DNA of 63,988 nucleotides, the filler included, from Octopus bimaculoides (Eukaryota), in NCBI RefSeq assembly GCF_001194135.2. It is 5 parts of 5 records of this genome, joined end to end, with 100 filler letters (N's around TTAATTAATTAA, not from the genome) between each part and the next. Parts side by side here need not be neighbours in the genome. Positions count along the whole stretch, not along the records: positions 1 to 15,691 come from NC_068983.1; positions 15,792 to 31,009 come from NC_068987.1; 3 more parts are not named here. One strand, 5' to 3'. Shown here in pieces: positions 9,637 to 21,590 of this stretch. Numbering within the stretch: position 1 is the stretch's first letter; each line of letters starts with the position of its first letter. The position numbers were made by a program, and so were the translations under genes. The notes below the pieces were generated by a model. It saw only the letters and a list, made by a program, of their open reading frames with translations. It was not told the DNA's origin and did not search any database.

Positions 9637-10851
9637 TTGAGCTCAGTCTGTGTTCAAGATCCTTATATTTTGGTAATCAACACTGCAGGAAATGTTACAG
9701 ACAAAGTGAAAATGGACTTTATAAAAGGACTTTTCAAAGCTCAAACTCAACTTTCCACACCCAAATCTGACAAAAATGTTTGGGGTATACCTAGTATTCT
9801 TGTTGTTGAAGAACCACCACCTAAGGGGAGAGAAAGATTTAAGGAGAAACAGTCATTTGCTCAACCAATTCTCCTTAATTTTCCTATCAATGTCTGCCGT
9901 TTAAACAAACATTTGACAGAATTTTCAAAAGAATCAGAATGCAACCAGCTTTTATGGTGCAAAGTTTTCTGTGTGTTCTTGAAAACGGTATTGAGTGATT
10001 TACTTCTAATAGAATGTTCTAAAACGTGTGATATTGATAGCTCGATTTTGAACCAAGAATGCAGCAATGAAGAATTTCCCAGTAAAGGAGGAAAGAAGAA
10101 AAGGAAAAAAACCAAAGATGCAAGTCCTTCGACTGGTAACGAATCGGAGACAAATGTCACTCCTGGCATTTTGAAACTCGGTGATATTTTGAAGCAGAGT
10201 CAAGAGAAGGAGGAGGAGAAAGAGGAGGAGGAAATGCTTAAAGAAAACCTCAAGAATCTTGATCAATCATCATCCAATTCTTCAGAAACTGCAATGAATA
10301 TTGAAAGCACTGAAGGAAGTGACAGTCCCGTAACTAACCAAAAGGATTCTAACCTCCTTGGCGACGGACCCAGCAGTGATGCAGTCACCATCACAGAAGT
10401 TCATGAAGGCGCTGACTTGTTGTCCGACATCGGCACCAAGCGGAAACAAGGAAACTCAAAGGAACTTATCGACTTCGTTTGTACTGTTAAACACCACATC
10501 TGGTTCAACCGAAAGAATGTACGACAGAAACTTATAGCCCAGGGCGACTGTACTCCTTTCGAACTAGAGAAAAAAATTAGCAACCATATTATTAGCGCAG
10601 AGAAAGATTCCACTGAAAAACCAATAACCATATTTCGGCTGAGTGTGATTCCTGACGTAGAATATATGAACCTCACCTCTGTCTCGGTTCATATCACTCC
10701 GGTTCTAACGTCCAACAAAGCTGCGGCTTTGAAGCCTTCACATGGAATCTATGACTTTCTGATATCTTTCCTCAACCGAATGATCTCGTCACACTTTACC
10801 AAATGGTGTATTTCAAACTGTACAGACGATTTGAATCTTTCCTCACTCTGA
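9637..10851 (+). CDS. TUT1: TUT1-like terminal coding exon (LSSVCVQDPY...N.AGNV; basic NLS-like KGGKKKRKK; acidic linker; C-terminal KA1-like domain), stop TGA
   Basis: tttcAG acceptor at 9635-9636 and a 404-codon open frame. QDP+NTA nucleotide-recognition motif. FVCTVKHHIWFNRKNVRQKL resembles the vertebrate TUT1 HRVWQGRRRARRRL C-terminal motif as recalled, favouring TUT1 over MTPAP. The 8 exons total 2199 nt = 732 aa + stop. Confidence 0.85.
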   Translation: MSSVCVQDPYILVINTAGNVTDKVKMDFIKGLFKAQTQLSTPKSDKNVWGIPSILVVEEPPPKGRERFKEKQSFAQPILLNFPINVCRLNKHLTEFSKESECNQLLWCKVFCVFLKTVLSDLLLIECSKTCDIDSSILNQECSNEEFPSKGGKKKRKKTKDASPSTGNESETNVTPGILKLGDILKQSQEKEEEKEEEEMLKENLKNLDQSSSNSSETAMNIESTEGSDSPVTNQKDSNLLGDGPSSDAVTITEVHEGADLLSDIGTKRKQGNSKELIDFVCTVKHHIWFNRKNVRQKLIAQGDCTPFELEKKISNHIISAEKDSTEKPITIFRLSVIPDVEYMNLTSVSVHITPVLTSNKAAALKPSHGIYDFLISFLNRMISSHFTKWCISNCTDDLNLSSL

Positions 10852-12602
10852 ATACCATCACGAGGTTCAAGTAAAAACTGGAAAATATTAACGCATGTCT
10901 TTCAGTGAGAAAACAAACAAAGAAAAAAAAAAGACCCAAACTGTTTTTTTTTTTAATTTATTACTTTTTTGTTTAGACAGTTTTACTTGTAATTTATCTG
11001 TACAAATCTTTTATCTGATCTGAGAAAAACATTAACAATAACCAAGAAGCTATATAATATTTTTAAAAAGAAAAAACCTAAGTGGGTTGGGGATTTTAAA
11101 AAAATATTTTTAACAAAGAAAAAAAAAAAAAGAACCTAAAAAAAAAAAGACGAAATTTAAGTTTTGCTGATGCTCTCAATGTCACTGTATATTTATTTCA
11201 TATATATATATACGGATATTCACATAAATTCTCATTAAACATTTCATTTATATCTTTATCTTTGTTTTCTTTTTTTTCTTACTAATCTTTCTTTTATTTG
11301 TTTTAGTCATTGAATGAATCGGCCCCAGTACTTCATTTTTTTTTTTTCTAACCTTCATACTTATTCTATTGGTCTCGTTTTGCTGAAGCAATAAGTTATG
11401 GGAACGTAAACACAATGCTGTTTGTCAAGCAATGGTAAGGCATAGACATAGTTTGATACCATTAAACCTCTCCCTTTGTAATATAGCTTTAATGTACCTT
11501 TATGTTATGGCTATCTTATCAAATTAGCCCAACACAAAACTGTCTATGACTCAATACACAGTTGCTGCAGTGGATTTAGTTTCTAGCAAAGGTTTGAGAG
11601 TGAGAATGAAGAGTTATCTCGAAGGAGATGAGGTGTCCAGGTGGCACCTCAGGTAGCCAGTGTAGTAGTGGGTATAGAGAGTGGGGGGGGGGGTATATCG
11701 ATTTAAATATTAAAATAAATACACTAATTAGTTGAACATGTTGATTTTTATTTTTAGTCCTTTGTAATTCATTAATTGAAATCAATTCTAACCTTACTGG
11801 TTGAACAGTTGTACAGTAAGTTTTCACACATATATATAATATAATATATATAAGCATATAAAAACTGCATGTGCAGTGCATGTATGTGTTTAGGTGCATG
11901 CATGAGAGGAATACGTTATGTATTTGTGTGAATGTGTAATCCTATGCGTGTATGTGCGAGAAAGTCTGTACATTACTTTTAAGTATTTTGTATAAGCATT
12001 GTATTGTCTAAGAAAGAGTGACTTTATAATAATTGTAAAGTAAAAGACTGACTTTTTTTTTTTTGTTAGTGTGTGTTTATGAGAACGCATGTAGGTGTCT
12101 TTGTTAGAGAGTATTTGACTGCAAAAGCATGAAAATGCGTAATGTGTGTGTGAGAAAGGATTTTGGTTAGTTCAGTTTTCAGATCCAGTAACTGTTCACT
12201 CTGTAAAAAGCAGAAAATTCAAACAAAACTTACTTTTGATTGCATTAAAAATCAAAAATATGCTATTAATTAAATCTCAAACAGATACATAGCTATGATT
12301 TCCACTAGATATACCTGTTGCTATAATGATCGACTGGCTAAGAGTACATTGCTCTTTCTATTGTGATGGGGCTTTATATTAACACATACTGAATATCTTC
12401 GACCATTAAAATTTCTTTCAATGATGGCACAAGTGACACTGTAATTTAAATATGTTATTTCATATACATTTGCTACACCAATTTCCTGTGTGTGTATATA
12501 ATAATATTAGGGATAAAAATCCAAATTTACAGGTAAAAACTCAATTAAGTTCAATTTATCAAAAATTAAATTAAGTTTCACAGTATAAAATATATAAATA
12601 TA

Positions 12603-12880
12603 TAATTTTAGAGAAAAGAACCAAAGTTCATGAACTCATCCATGAAAATCCTCTGTCACGTATAGAAAAATTTAATAAGTAAATACACTAAAAAAAACTA
12701 TAATAAAATACAAAGTAATAATCATTAAAGTAATATTTTAATGATTTTAAAATTATTTTAATGATTATTACTTTGTATTTTATTATAGTTCTTTTTAGTG
12801 TATTTACCTATTAAATTTTTCTATATGTGACTGGATTTTCACGGATGAGTTCATGAACTTTGGTCCTTTTCTCTAAATTA
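12603..12880. repeat. Long inverted repeat (foldback), ~125-bp arms, ~27-bp spacer
   Basis: 12603-12729 is the near reverse complement of 12757-12880 (taattttagagaaaagaaccaaagttcatgaactcatcc... / ...ggatgagttcatgaactttggtccttttctctaaatta). Confidence 0.9.
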
Positions 12881-14227
12881 CACACACACACACACACTGC
12901 TGTACTTATTGATTATCAAACCCTAGAAACAGTTGCAAAAGCATTGCCTAGATAGCCCTCTCTCTTATGATGTTAGACAGGTAGATATCCAGGGAGTATG
13001 TACTCTATGAAAAACTATTGTGGACTTCTATTTCCTTGTATGCTAAATTATATTTGTAACTGCTTCAGTGACATTAGCAACCACCTGATGTCTTATTTTA
13101 TTTTATTTGGATACATGGCTATAAAGTCAACTACGTAGACCTATGGCTGTAACATCAATTAGATATACATGTTACTATAATCTCAACAGATGCATAGATG
13201 TGTCTGCTACTCTGCTACACAGATTTGTTGAGAAATATTCAAACACTTATCTCTATAAAAAAGAGAAATAGTGATGAGAATTTCAATTCAATTCTGCCAA
13301 ATCCACTTCCAAGTTTCTGGTTGGGCTGTAGGCAATAGTAAAGGACACTTGCCCAAGGTGCCATACAGTGGGACTGAACCTGGAACCATGTGGTTGGAAA
13401 GCAAACTTATTACCACACTGCCAAGATTTTTAATTAAACTTTTCAGGCTTGTAAATCTTTCCACAAAAAGTATCCAAATTTCTGCTGAAATGCACTCCTT
13501 TTGTTTCAGTTAATTTTTAAAATAATTAAGAATTTAATAAATTAACTGTCATTGTAAAGCTGGTGTTTGGAGCATAAATTTGCATAAAAGTTTGATGGAA
13601 GGTTTTAATTTAGATCACTTTGAAAAAGGAAACTTGTATTTATCATCATATTTAATGTCCCTTTTTCCATCCTGACATGGGTTGGATGATTTAACCAGAA
13701 CAGACAAGCCAGAGGGCTTTGTCAGTTTCTATGTCTGCTTTGGCTTAGTTTCTACAGCTGGATGTCCTTCCTAGCATCAACCACTTTACAGAGTGTACTC
13801 AGAGCTTTTTACATGGCAACCAACATTGGCAAAGTCACCAAGTACCCACAAGATAAGACCCCTTCAACTGAACAGGGTTTAGACTGGAGAAAGAAACAGG
13901 TGTCTTGCTGAAGAAGTGGATACATAGCTTGCTCACCTGGAAAGTGAGAGAAAGGAAAACAGTTCAGAAGTCCCGGCATAATGTGAATATGCGACAAAAT
14001 TGGAAGTGTGCTGAGTGAAAATAATGTGACAGATGACTTAACCATTTAGCATTTCAACCAGCCATGTCTAGCCAAAATATTTCACCTGTTTTATGTTCAA
14101 ACCAGCCAGATCTGGCCTCTCACACCAACCCAACAATATCATTCTAAAAGATTAACAGTTACCTTATCAAAATCTCAAAGCTACAGGATAATGCATGATT
14201 AATTCAAAACAATTTTGAATAAATAAT

Positions 14228-14425
14228 TCTTTTACTTGTTTCAGTCATTTGACTGTGGCCGTGCTGGAGCTCCGCCTTTAGTCGAGCAAATTGACCCCAG
14301 GACCTATTCTTTGGAAGCCTAGTACTTATTCTATCGGTTTCTTTTGCTGAACCGCTAAGTTACAGGGACGTAAACACACCAGCATCGGTTGGGGGGAGGG
14401 GGGAAACACAGATACACAAACATAT

Positions 14426-14476
<51 letters not shown>

Positions 14477-14642
14477 TATACGATGGGCTTCTTTCAGTTT
14501 CCGTTTACCAAATCCACTCAAGGCTTTGGTCGACTCGAGGCTACAGTAGAAGACACTTGCCCAAGGTTCCACACAGTGGGACTGAACCCGGAATCATGTG
14601 ATTGGTAAGCAAGCTACTTACCACACAGCCACTCCTGCACCT
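14228..14642 (-). mobile_element. Full modular SINE (B head + (AT)n/(CA)n + A tail)
   Basis: Collinear with the other A+B copies. Confidence 0.85.
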
Positions 14643-15333
14643 TATAAGCATTATTTTTGACAATAATGTGAATGTTAAAGGAATAAGTTGGACACAGAGG
14701 ATATCAGTTCAGTGCAGAAGCAAAAATAGTCTCACAGGTTAGTATCAAAAAGGTTAAACAATAATTGGTGTTTTACTAACCTTGAAGTTTTTCTTTTTTG
14801 CTTTTAGCTATTTCCAGTTAAATTTAACATGGTTTTCAAGTAATCCCCCGATAAGTCACCCTGTTGAAACAAGGAAGGAAACACTGAATAATAAAGATGT
14901 ATTGACCATCAGAACACACAGATTTAAACACACATAAACACAATTTGTCACATACGTATACTTAACCCTTCACACATACATCCATCCACAATACACATCA
15001 TCATCATTTAATGTCTGTCTTTCATGCTGGCATGGGTTAGATGGTTTCACAGAGCTGCATCAGGCTCCATTCTCTGCTTTGGCAATGGTTTCAATGGTTG
15101 GATGCCCTTCCGAATGCCAACCAATATATTCTTTTATTTTTTTACTTGTTTCAGCCATGCTGGAGCACTGCATCCAAGAGTTTTAGTTGGACAAATTGAG
15201 CCCAGAGCTTTTTTTTTAAGCCTAGTACTTAATCTATCAGTCCCTTTTGCCGAACCACTGGTTATGGGGACATAAACACACCAACACCTGTTATCAAGCA
15301 GTGATGGGGGAACAAACATGTACATATATATAC

Positions 15334-15691
15334 TTCAATGGTCATGTCGGACGTCGTGCTGGAGGCTTCCATGGCATACATGGAGGCTATGGCTTCGGTT
15401 CCCGCAACGAGGAGGGAACCAGACTGCTGGAGTTCTGTGATGCAACCGATCTTATGGTTTGCAATACCAACTTCAGGAAACCTGCCTGTCACCTAGTCAC
15501 CTACCAATCCGGCAGACACTCTAGCCAAATCGACTACATCCTCGCCAGAACTAGAGAAAGAGGGAGGCTTATAAATGCCAAAACCCTCCCTGGCGAAGAA
15601 TGTACACCCCAACACAGATTAGTAGTTAGCGACTTCGAGATCAAGGCAATATGGGTGCCCAGAAGTAGACCGGCCTGGGGGAGAAGGGTAT
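15334..15691 (+). mobile_element. RTE-clade LINE apurinic-endonuclease domain fragment, cut by assembly spacer
   Basis: FNGHVG...GGYGFGSRNEEGTRLLEFC...LMVCNTNF...TYQSG...QIDYIL...QHRLVV are APE C-terminal motifs (DFN, IDY, SDH-equivalent). No stops. Confidence 0.9.
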
Positions 15692-15791
15692 NNNNNNNNN
15701 NNNNNNNNNNNNNNNNNNNNNNNNNNNNNNNNNNNTTAATTAATTAANNNNNNNNNNNNNNNNNNNNNNNNNNNNNNNNNNNNNNNNNNNN
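15692..15791. other. Artificial 100-bp scaffold spacer (44N-TTAATTAATTAA-44N)
   Basis: Identical structure at 31010-31109, 46140-46239 and 62166-62265. Confidence 0.95.
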
Positions 15792-15919
15792 TATATATAT
15801 ATATATACATATACATATGTGTGTGCGTATGAGTTTGTGTATGCGAGTGTGTGTAGCTACCTATTTATCTATCAATCTTCCTATCTGTCCGTTTGTCTGT
15901 TTGATTTTCTATGTTCGCC

Positions 15920-15964
<45 letters not shown>

Positions 15965-17408
15965 ATCTTCATATGGGTATGCTTTAGTGTATATATTTTT
16001 TAATGTGTGAATGTGTGAGTGCACGCGATTCACTCACACACTCAACGTTTAACATAGTCACATAATACACAATTCTGTGTATAGTTTTGAATGCAAGAAT
16101 TTTAACTCTTTGTTGACAGTTTAACATAACCGTACATGCGCAGACGCACGCACAAATATAACACGCGCCCATGCACACCCTCGAATGCTTTTACACACTC
16201 ACGCATACAGACATACAAACACACATGCATATAAATATATAAAAGTGAATACATTTATACGCATGCACACTTATACGCTCACAAAACCTCATTGATGGCA
16301 CTTAGTGGTTTTAATGAGCAGACTTATCGGACCGATTTCGATTCCCGGTTGAAACCGATCCACTTCACAGACAATACTGACGTACTTGAGTGAAATGGCT
16401 CACACAACAAGAACAATACGTGTCAGCGGGGGAGGCCCTGTATGGTCGAGCAACCTGTTAGAAATAGCAGTGAATTGACAGAGTCGGTAGTTCATTCGAT
16501 GAAATACCTCGCGCTATTTATTTCGGCTCCTTGCGTTCTGCGTTGAAATCCAGCCAACTTTACTGATCCTCTGTCCGGGCTTTGACAATAAAGTCTCGAT
16601 CTAGTGTAGTGGGCTGGCGAAATCGGTAAGGTGTCGGCTAGTTGCTTTGTGCTAGCTGTTCCAGCATTTTATGTTCTGAGTTCAAATTCCACCGTGGTTT
16701 TCATGGGCAATTATGTTTATCCATATACATGGTTTAAGACCACCATCAGTTTGTTCTTCGTTGCTTTTAGCAGAGTCCAGTGCATTGAAAACATCTGTGT
16801 CAATTCTCCAGATATCAGTCCCTTTCTCTTCTTATTGCTCTGAAGCCCTTATAATGATTGGATCTTCAGAAATACCTTTCCCCTGAGTAAAACGATAATA
16901 AAGCGTTTCCCTTCAAATGACACACCATCCTGTCTTTGAAAATAAATAAGTAAATAAATAAAAAAAAAGGGTGGATTGCAGAACGTGGTTGTGAAGTAAA
17001 ACTACATCGGTTGACAAAAGATCGTTTATGAGCGGAACGTTTTCGTACAAAGGTTTATCTGGGGCCTAAACGAGTACAACCACTACACAAATAATAGTCA
17101 GAGAAAATTCTCATAAATTTATTTTGATATGTTTGACCTTTAACGTAAGAATATAAATATTTCTTAAGCTACTACACTGATGTGGTTAAAAATTTTCGTT
17201 AATTTTCTCACCAGTGGGCGGTAGAAGTAAGTAGGTATTCATGTTATATTTTATTTCTCACCTGTAATTAACGTGTGACACAGATGCAGTCATGCGTATA
17301 GCAACCCTGATTCCCTTCCTATAGGAAATATTATACCCTCTCTTTCTCTGACAATCTATTTATATGTTTATTTATCTGTCTAACGAGCTAGCTATCTTCT
17401 GTATAAAA

Positions 17409-17477
17409 GCGCGTGGTCTAGTGGTTAGAGTGTCGCACTTGCGATCACGAGATCGTGGTTTCGAATCCCAGATCGGC
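17409..17477 (+). mobile_element. tRNA-like SINE head (type E)
   Basis: GCGCGTGGTCTAGTGGTTAGAG (A box) ... GTTTCGAATCCC (B box). No clean cloverleaf or downstream T-run, so a SINE head rather than a tRNA gene. Confidence 0.55.
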
Positions 17478-17710
17478 TGTGCATTTTGTCATTTTGTCAC
17501 CCTGCTTATAGGGTGGCGGGTGGGGACACATGGGGTGGTTACAGCTGGAAGTGTTTTCATCTGCTCGATTGTGGTTGAATACGGTAATGTAGGATGTTAT
17601 ATATGTAAATATAAATACACACACACACGTACTTGACCCACATGGATATGCACCTCCACATATATATATGTATGTGTATTTGTATATAAATGTACATATA
17701 TACCTGTGTG

Positions 17711-17742
<32 letters not shown>

Positions 17743-18112
17743 ATATACATATGCATTACTACCTCTCTGNNNNNNNNNNATATATATATATATATATATA
17801 TATACATACACACACATACACACACAATTTTTAAACTGTGTGTGTGCATGTGCGTGTATGTGTGTGTGTATGTGTGTGTGTATGTGTGTGTGTGTGTATG
17901 TGTGTGTGTGTATGTGTGAACATCACTTTATCCCGTTCTTATGGTTGTGATTTGTTGTTTCTCCAATTCAGTAAAGTTTCCGTTGAACGTTGCACTATAA
18001 ACTACATTATAAACACACACACACACACATATAACATATACACACGCTCCTATATATTTAGTAAACTGATTAGTAAATTACTATCACTAGAGCTATAATA
18101 ATTATTTTATAG

Positions 18113-18455
18113 GAGTGGTTGTGTGGTAAGAAGCTTGCTTCCCAGCCACATGATTCCGGGTTCAGTCACACTGCGTGGCACCTTGGGCAAGTGTCTTCTA
18201 TACTATAGCCTCGAGCCAGCCAATACCCTGTGAGTAGATTTCGGAAACTATATATAGTTGTGTGTGTGAATGTATGTATTTCTGTGTCTGCGCTTGTCCC
18301 CCCACCATTGCTTCACAACCGATGTTAGTGTGCTTACATCCACGAAACCTAAAGGTTTGGAAATAAAGAACGATAGGATAAGTCCTGGGGCCAAGCAAAG
18401 GCGGTGCTCCAGCATGGCTGCAGTCAAATGACTGAAAGAAGTAAAAGAAAAGAAA
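18113..18455 (+). mobile_element. Full modular SINE (B head + hinge + A tail), sense
   Basis: aggagtggttgtgtggtaagaagcttgcttcccagcc...ggtgctccagcatggctgcagtcaaatgactgaaag. Confidence 0.8.
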
Positions 18456-18992
18456 AGAAGAAAATACATTTATCCTGCTCTCTTTTAAAATTTAGTTGAT
18501 ACATTAAATATTTTCATACGCACATGCGCAAAACTACGCATATATACACANNNNNNNNNNNNNNNNNNNNNNNNNNNNNNNNNNNCCCCTGCGCCATTAG
18601 ACTCCACTTATGGGACCCATGTTAGTATTTAAGGGGCCCGTCCCCTCAAGTTTGAGAATTTTTATTCACTCCTGGAAGAATGCATTAATTATTTCAGCCT
18701 GGTTGTGTTTGTAGATAGTTGAAGAGAATACTTTTAACAAAAAAAAAAAAAAGTTAAGTCATAGCATTGTAGTTGCGGGTGCCCCCCACCCTTGTGGTTG
18801 CGGGTGGGTCCACTTAGTCTCCTGGCAACCAATATTTTTAGACCTAGTCCGCCACTGTGCACGCACACATACACAACGGGTTTTCACACAGTTTCTGTCA
18901 CCAAAGTCAGTTACAAAGTATGATCGACCTGAGGCTATAATAGAAGGCACTTGGCCAAGTGAAACTAAACTCGAAACCACGTGGCTGGAAAT

Positions 18993-19549
18993 CTTTTATC
19001 TTTTACTTGTTTCAATCATTAGACTGCGGCCATGCTGCGACACCACCTTGAAGAATTTATAGCTGAATGTATCAGCCCCAGTAATTTTATCTTTTGAAAG
19101 CCTGGTACTTATTCAATCGATCTCTTTTGCCGCACCGCTACACTGCGGAGACACGAACACCCCACCTCCACTGTTGCGCAGTGGAGGTGGGGACAAACAC
19201 AGGCACATATACACAGACATATACATATGCATATCTATATATATANNNNNNNNNNNNNNNNNNNNNNNNNNNNNNNNNNNNNNNNNNNNNNNNNNNNNNN
19301 NNNNNNNNNNNNNNNNNNNNNNNNNNNNNNNNNNNNNNNNNNNNNNNNNNNNNNNNNNNNNNNNNNNNNNNNNNNNNNNNNNNNNNNNNNNNNNNNNNNN
19401 NNNNNNNNNNNNNNNNNNNNNNNNNNNNNNNNNNNNNNNNNNNNNNNNNNNNNNNNNNNNNNNNNNNNNNNNNNNNNNNNNNNNNNNNNNNNNNNNNNNN
19501 NNNNNNNNNNNNNNNNNNNNNNNNNNNNNNNNNNNNNNNNNNNNNNNNN

Positions 19550-19588
<39 letters not shown>

Positions 19589-19757
19589 TTACGACGGACT
19601 TCTTTCAGTTCCTGTCTACCAAATCCACTCACAAGGCTTTGGTCGGCCTGATACTATGGTAGATGACACTTGCTCAAGGTGCCACGCAGTGACATTGAAC
19701 TAGTAGAACCATGTGGTTGGGAAGCAAGCTTTTTACCACAGAGCCATTCCTGCGCCT
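18993..19757 (-). mobile_element. Modular SINE whose internal (AT)n contains an assembly gap
   Basis: A module left of the N run (19246-19549) and B head right of it, both flanked by (AT)n. Confidence 0.8.
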
Positions 19758-20742
19758 ATGTATAAATATATTTCCTAACGCACTGATTATAAGGAAAATA
19801 TTCATTTAAAAATATACCAATAATTTCTGCCGTAGTTGCAAATTCTCAAATATTGGGAAGAGAAGAGGTAATGAAACTGACCCCAGTATTCGACTGGTCC
19901 TTTATATATATCGATACCGAAAAACTGAAATTTGAGCTCGGTGGCATCTGAAAAAGCCAAAATAATTACCGCCAGGTATTTCCTTTTAGACCTAATTTGT
20001 GACAATTCAACCGAATATAATATTAATTCCTTCTAGCATAGCCACAAAGATACTATAAAATCTTGAGGAAATCGAGTTGCTTTATCTTAATATAAATTTG
20101 AGTGATGTGTCTCTGTCCGCTACGTTTTTATGTTCCTTAACTCCTTTAAGACTGTTGGTGTAAGGACAACGAAACTCAATCCATCAACTGCTTTAATCTC
20201 AGGGGATGTTCTAAGGGGGCATATGTTTTTTAAGAGCCGCCTAATCGGGGCCCCGCTGACCCTCCTATTTTTACTGCATTTACCTCGCTCCTACGCTTAT
20301 TGATTAAAGTATGATCAGCATCGATGCTTAGCACATTTGGAGAAATAAGTTTCATAACACATGAGTAGAGGGCTGCAAAGCTGCCTGATAGTGGGTCCGA
20401 AGACCTCAAAGGTGCTCTCCGCGGGAGCCAGCCTGAATTCCACTCGAAGGGCGGTTTCGAGGCCAGTTAAATGAATTCTTGTATTTAAATGGTACAAATT
20501 TTGTCGACCCGGGAGGATGAAACACAAAGTTAAGCTTGGTGATATTTGAACTTAGCACAGAACAAATATTGCAAAGTATACTGACCAACACTCTAGTGAT
20601 CGCGTCACTCCATCGCTCAAAATTATAGAAATCGCTTCGTTATATTTGCTATAAACGACTTTTCATTTATTACAAACGTATGTTACGAAGGAGTTATAGA
20701 TAGTGTAGAGGTATAGACATATGGTTGTATAAATATAGTTGC

Positions 20743-21312
20743 AGGCATGGTTGTGCGGCTAAGAAGCTATCTTAGCAACAACGTGGTTCAAGGTTCAATC
20801 CCAATACGCAGCACCTTCGGCAAGTGATTTCTACTATAGCTATAGCCCCAGGCCGACCAAAGCCTTGTGAGTAGATTTGGGTGACGAAAACTCGATAGAA
20901 ACCCGGGTGATTCAAAAGTCGCTATACATAAGAACAATTTATTTTTTTAGAGGGAAGTTTTTTTTTATTTAACTATTTCTGATAAAAAAAAAAAATTTTT
21001 CCTATGCATGGTGACTTTTGAATCACCCTATATAAATATAGATAGATAGATATGAATCTGTGTGTGTTTGAACGCGTGTGCAAATGTGCGCACGCGCGCA
21101 TCGTTATGTCTTTATGTATGTTTTGTTTGTTCCCTCAACCACCGCTTGACTGCTGGAGCTGGTTTGTTTACCCCAAAGTAGTAATTCAGAGGTTCATGAA
21201 GAGAAATTACCAGACCTAAAAAACAATACGCACTGTGGTCGATTTGATTGAATAAATACCTTTCAAGAAGGTGCTCCAGCATAGCCGCACTCCAGTGACT
21301 GAAGCAAGTAAC
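20743..21312 (+). mobile_element. Older modular SINE (B head 20743-20904, A tail ~21120-21312) interrupted by a MITE
   Basis: Head gcaggcatggttgtgcggctaagaagc...; tail ...ggtgctccagcatagccgcactccagtgactgaagcaag. Confidence 0.7.
20905..21028. mobile_element. MITE with ~25-bp TIRs (Tc1/mariner-like ends)
   Basis: GGGTGATTCAAAAGTCgctatacat ... atgcatggtGACTTTTGAATCACCC, followed by TA. Confidence 0.75.
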
Positions 21313-21359
21313 ATTAAGACAAACGAGTGGGGTAGAAATGTCATATAACACATTGAGCG

Positions 21360-21590
21360 AATAGGGCGGCGAACTGGTAGAAACGTTAGCACGCTGGGCG
21401 AATTGCTTAATGGTATTTCGTCTGCCGTTACGTTCTGAGTTCAAATTCCGCCGGTGTCTACTTCACCTTTCGTTCCAGTAAATACCAGTTACGCACTGGG
21501 TCCATGTAATCGACTTAACTCTTTTGTTTGTATTTGTTTATCTCCTCTGTGTTTAGCCCCCCCTGTGGGCAATAAAGAAATAAATATATT
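21360..21590 (+). mobile_element. C-type SINE, near full length
   Basis: gggcggcgaactggtagaaacgttagcacgctgggcg...ttctgagttcaaattccgccg...gtgggcaataaagaaata. Confidence 0.8.

Noticed and set aside
9861-10676. Antisense ORFs overlapping the last TUT1 exon
   Set aside because: Expected shadow frames of a long coding exon; no independent motifs.
11234-11239. ATTAAA as TUT1 polyadenylation signal
   Set aside because: Plausible, but such hexamers are common in this AT-rich region; cannot be supported without 3'-end data.
17409-17477. Functional tRNA gene
   Set aside because: A/B boxes present, but the acceptor stem does not close and there is no oligo-T terminator; better explained as a SINE head.
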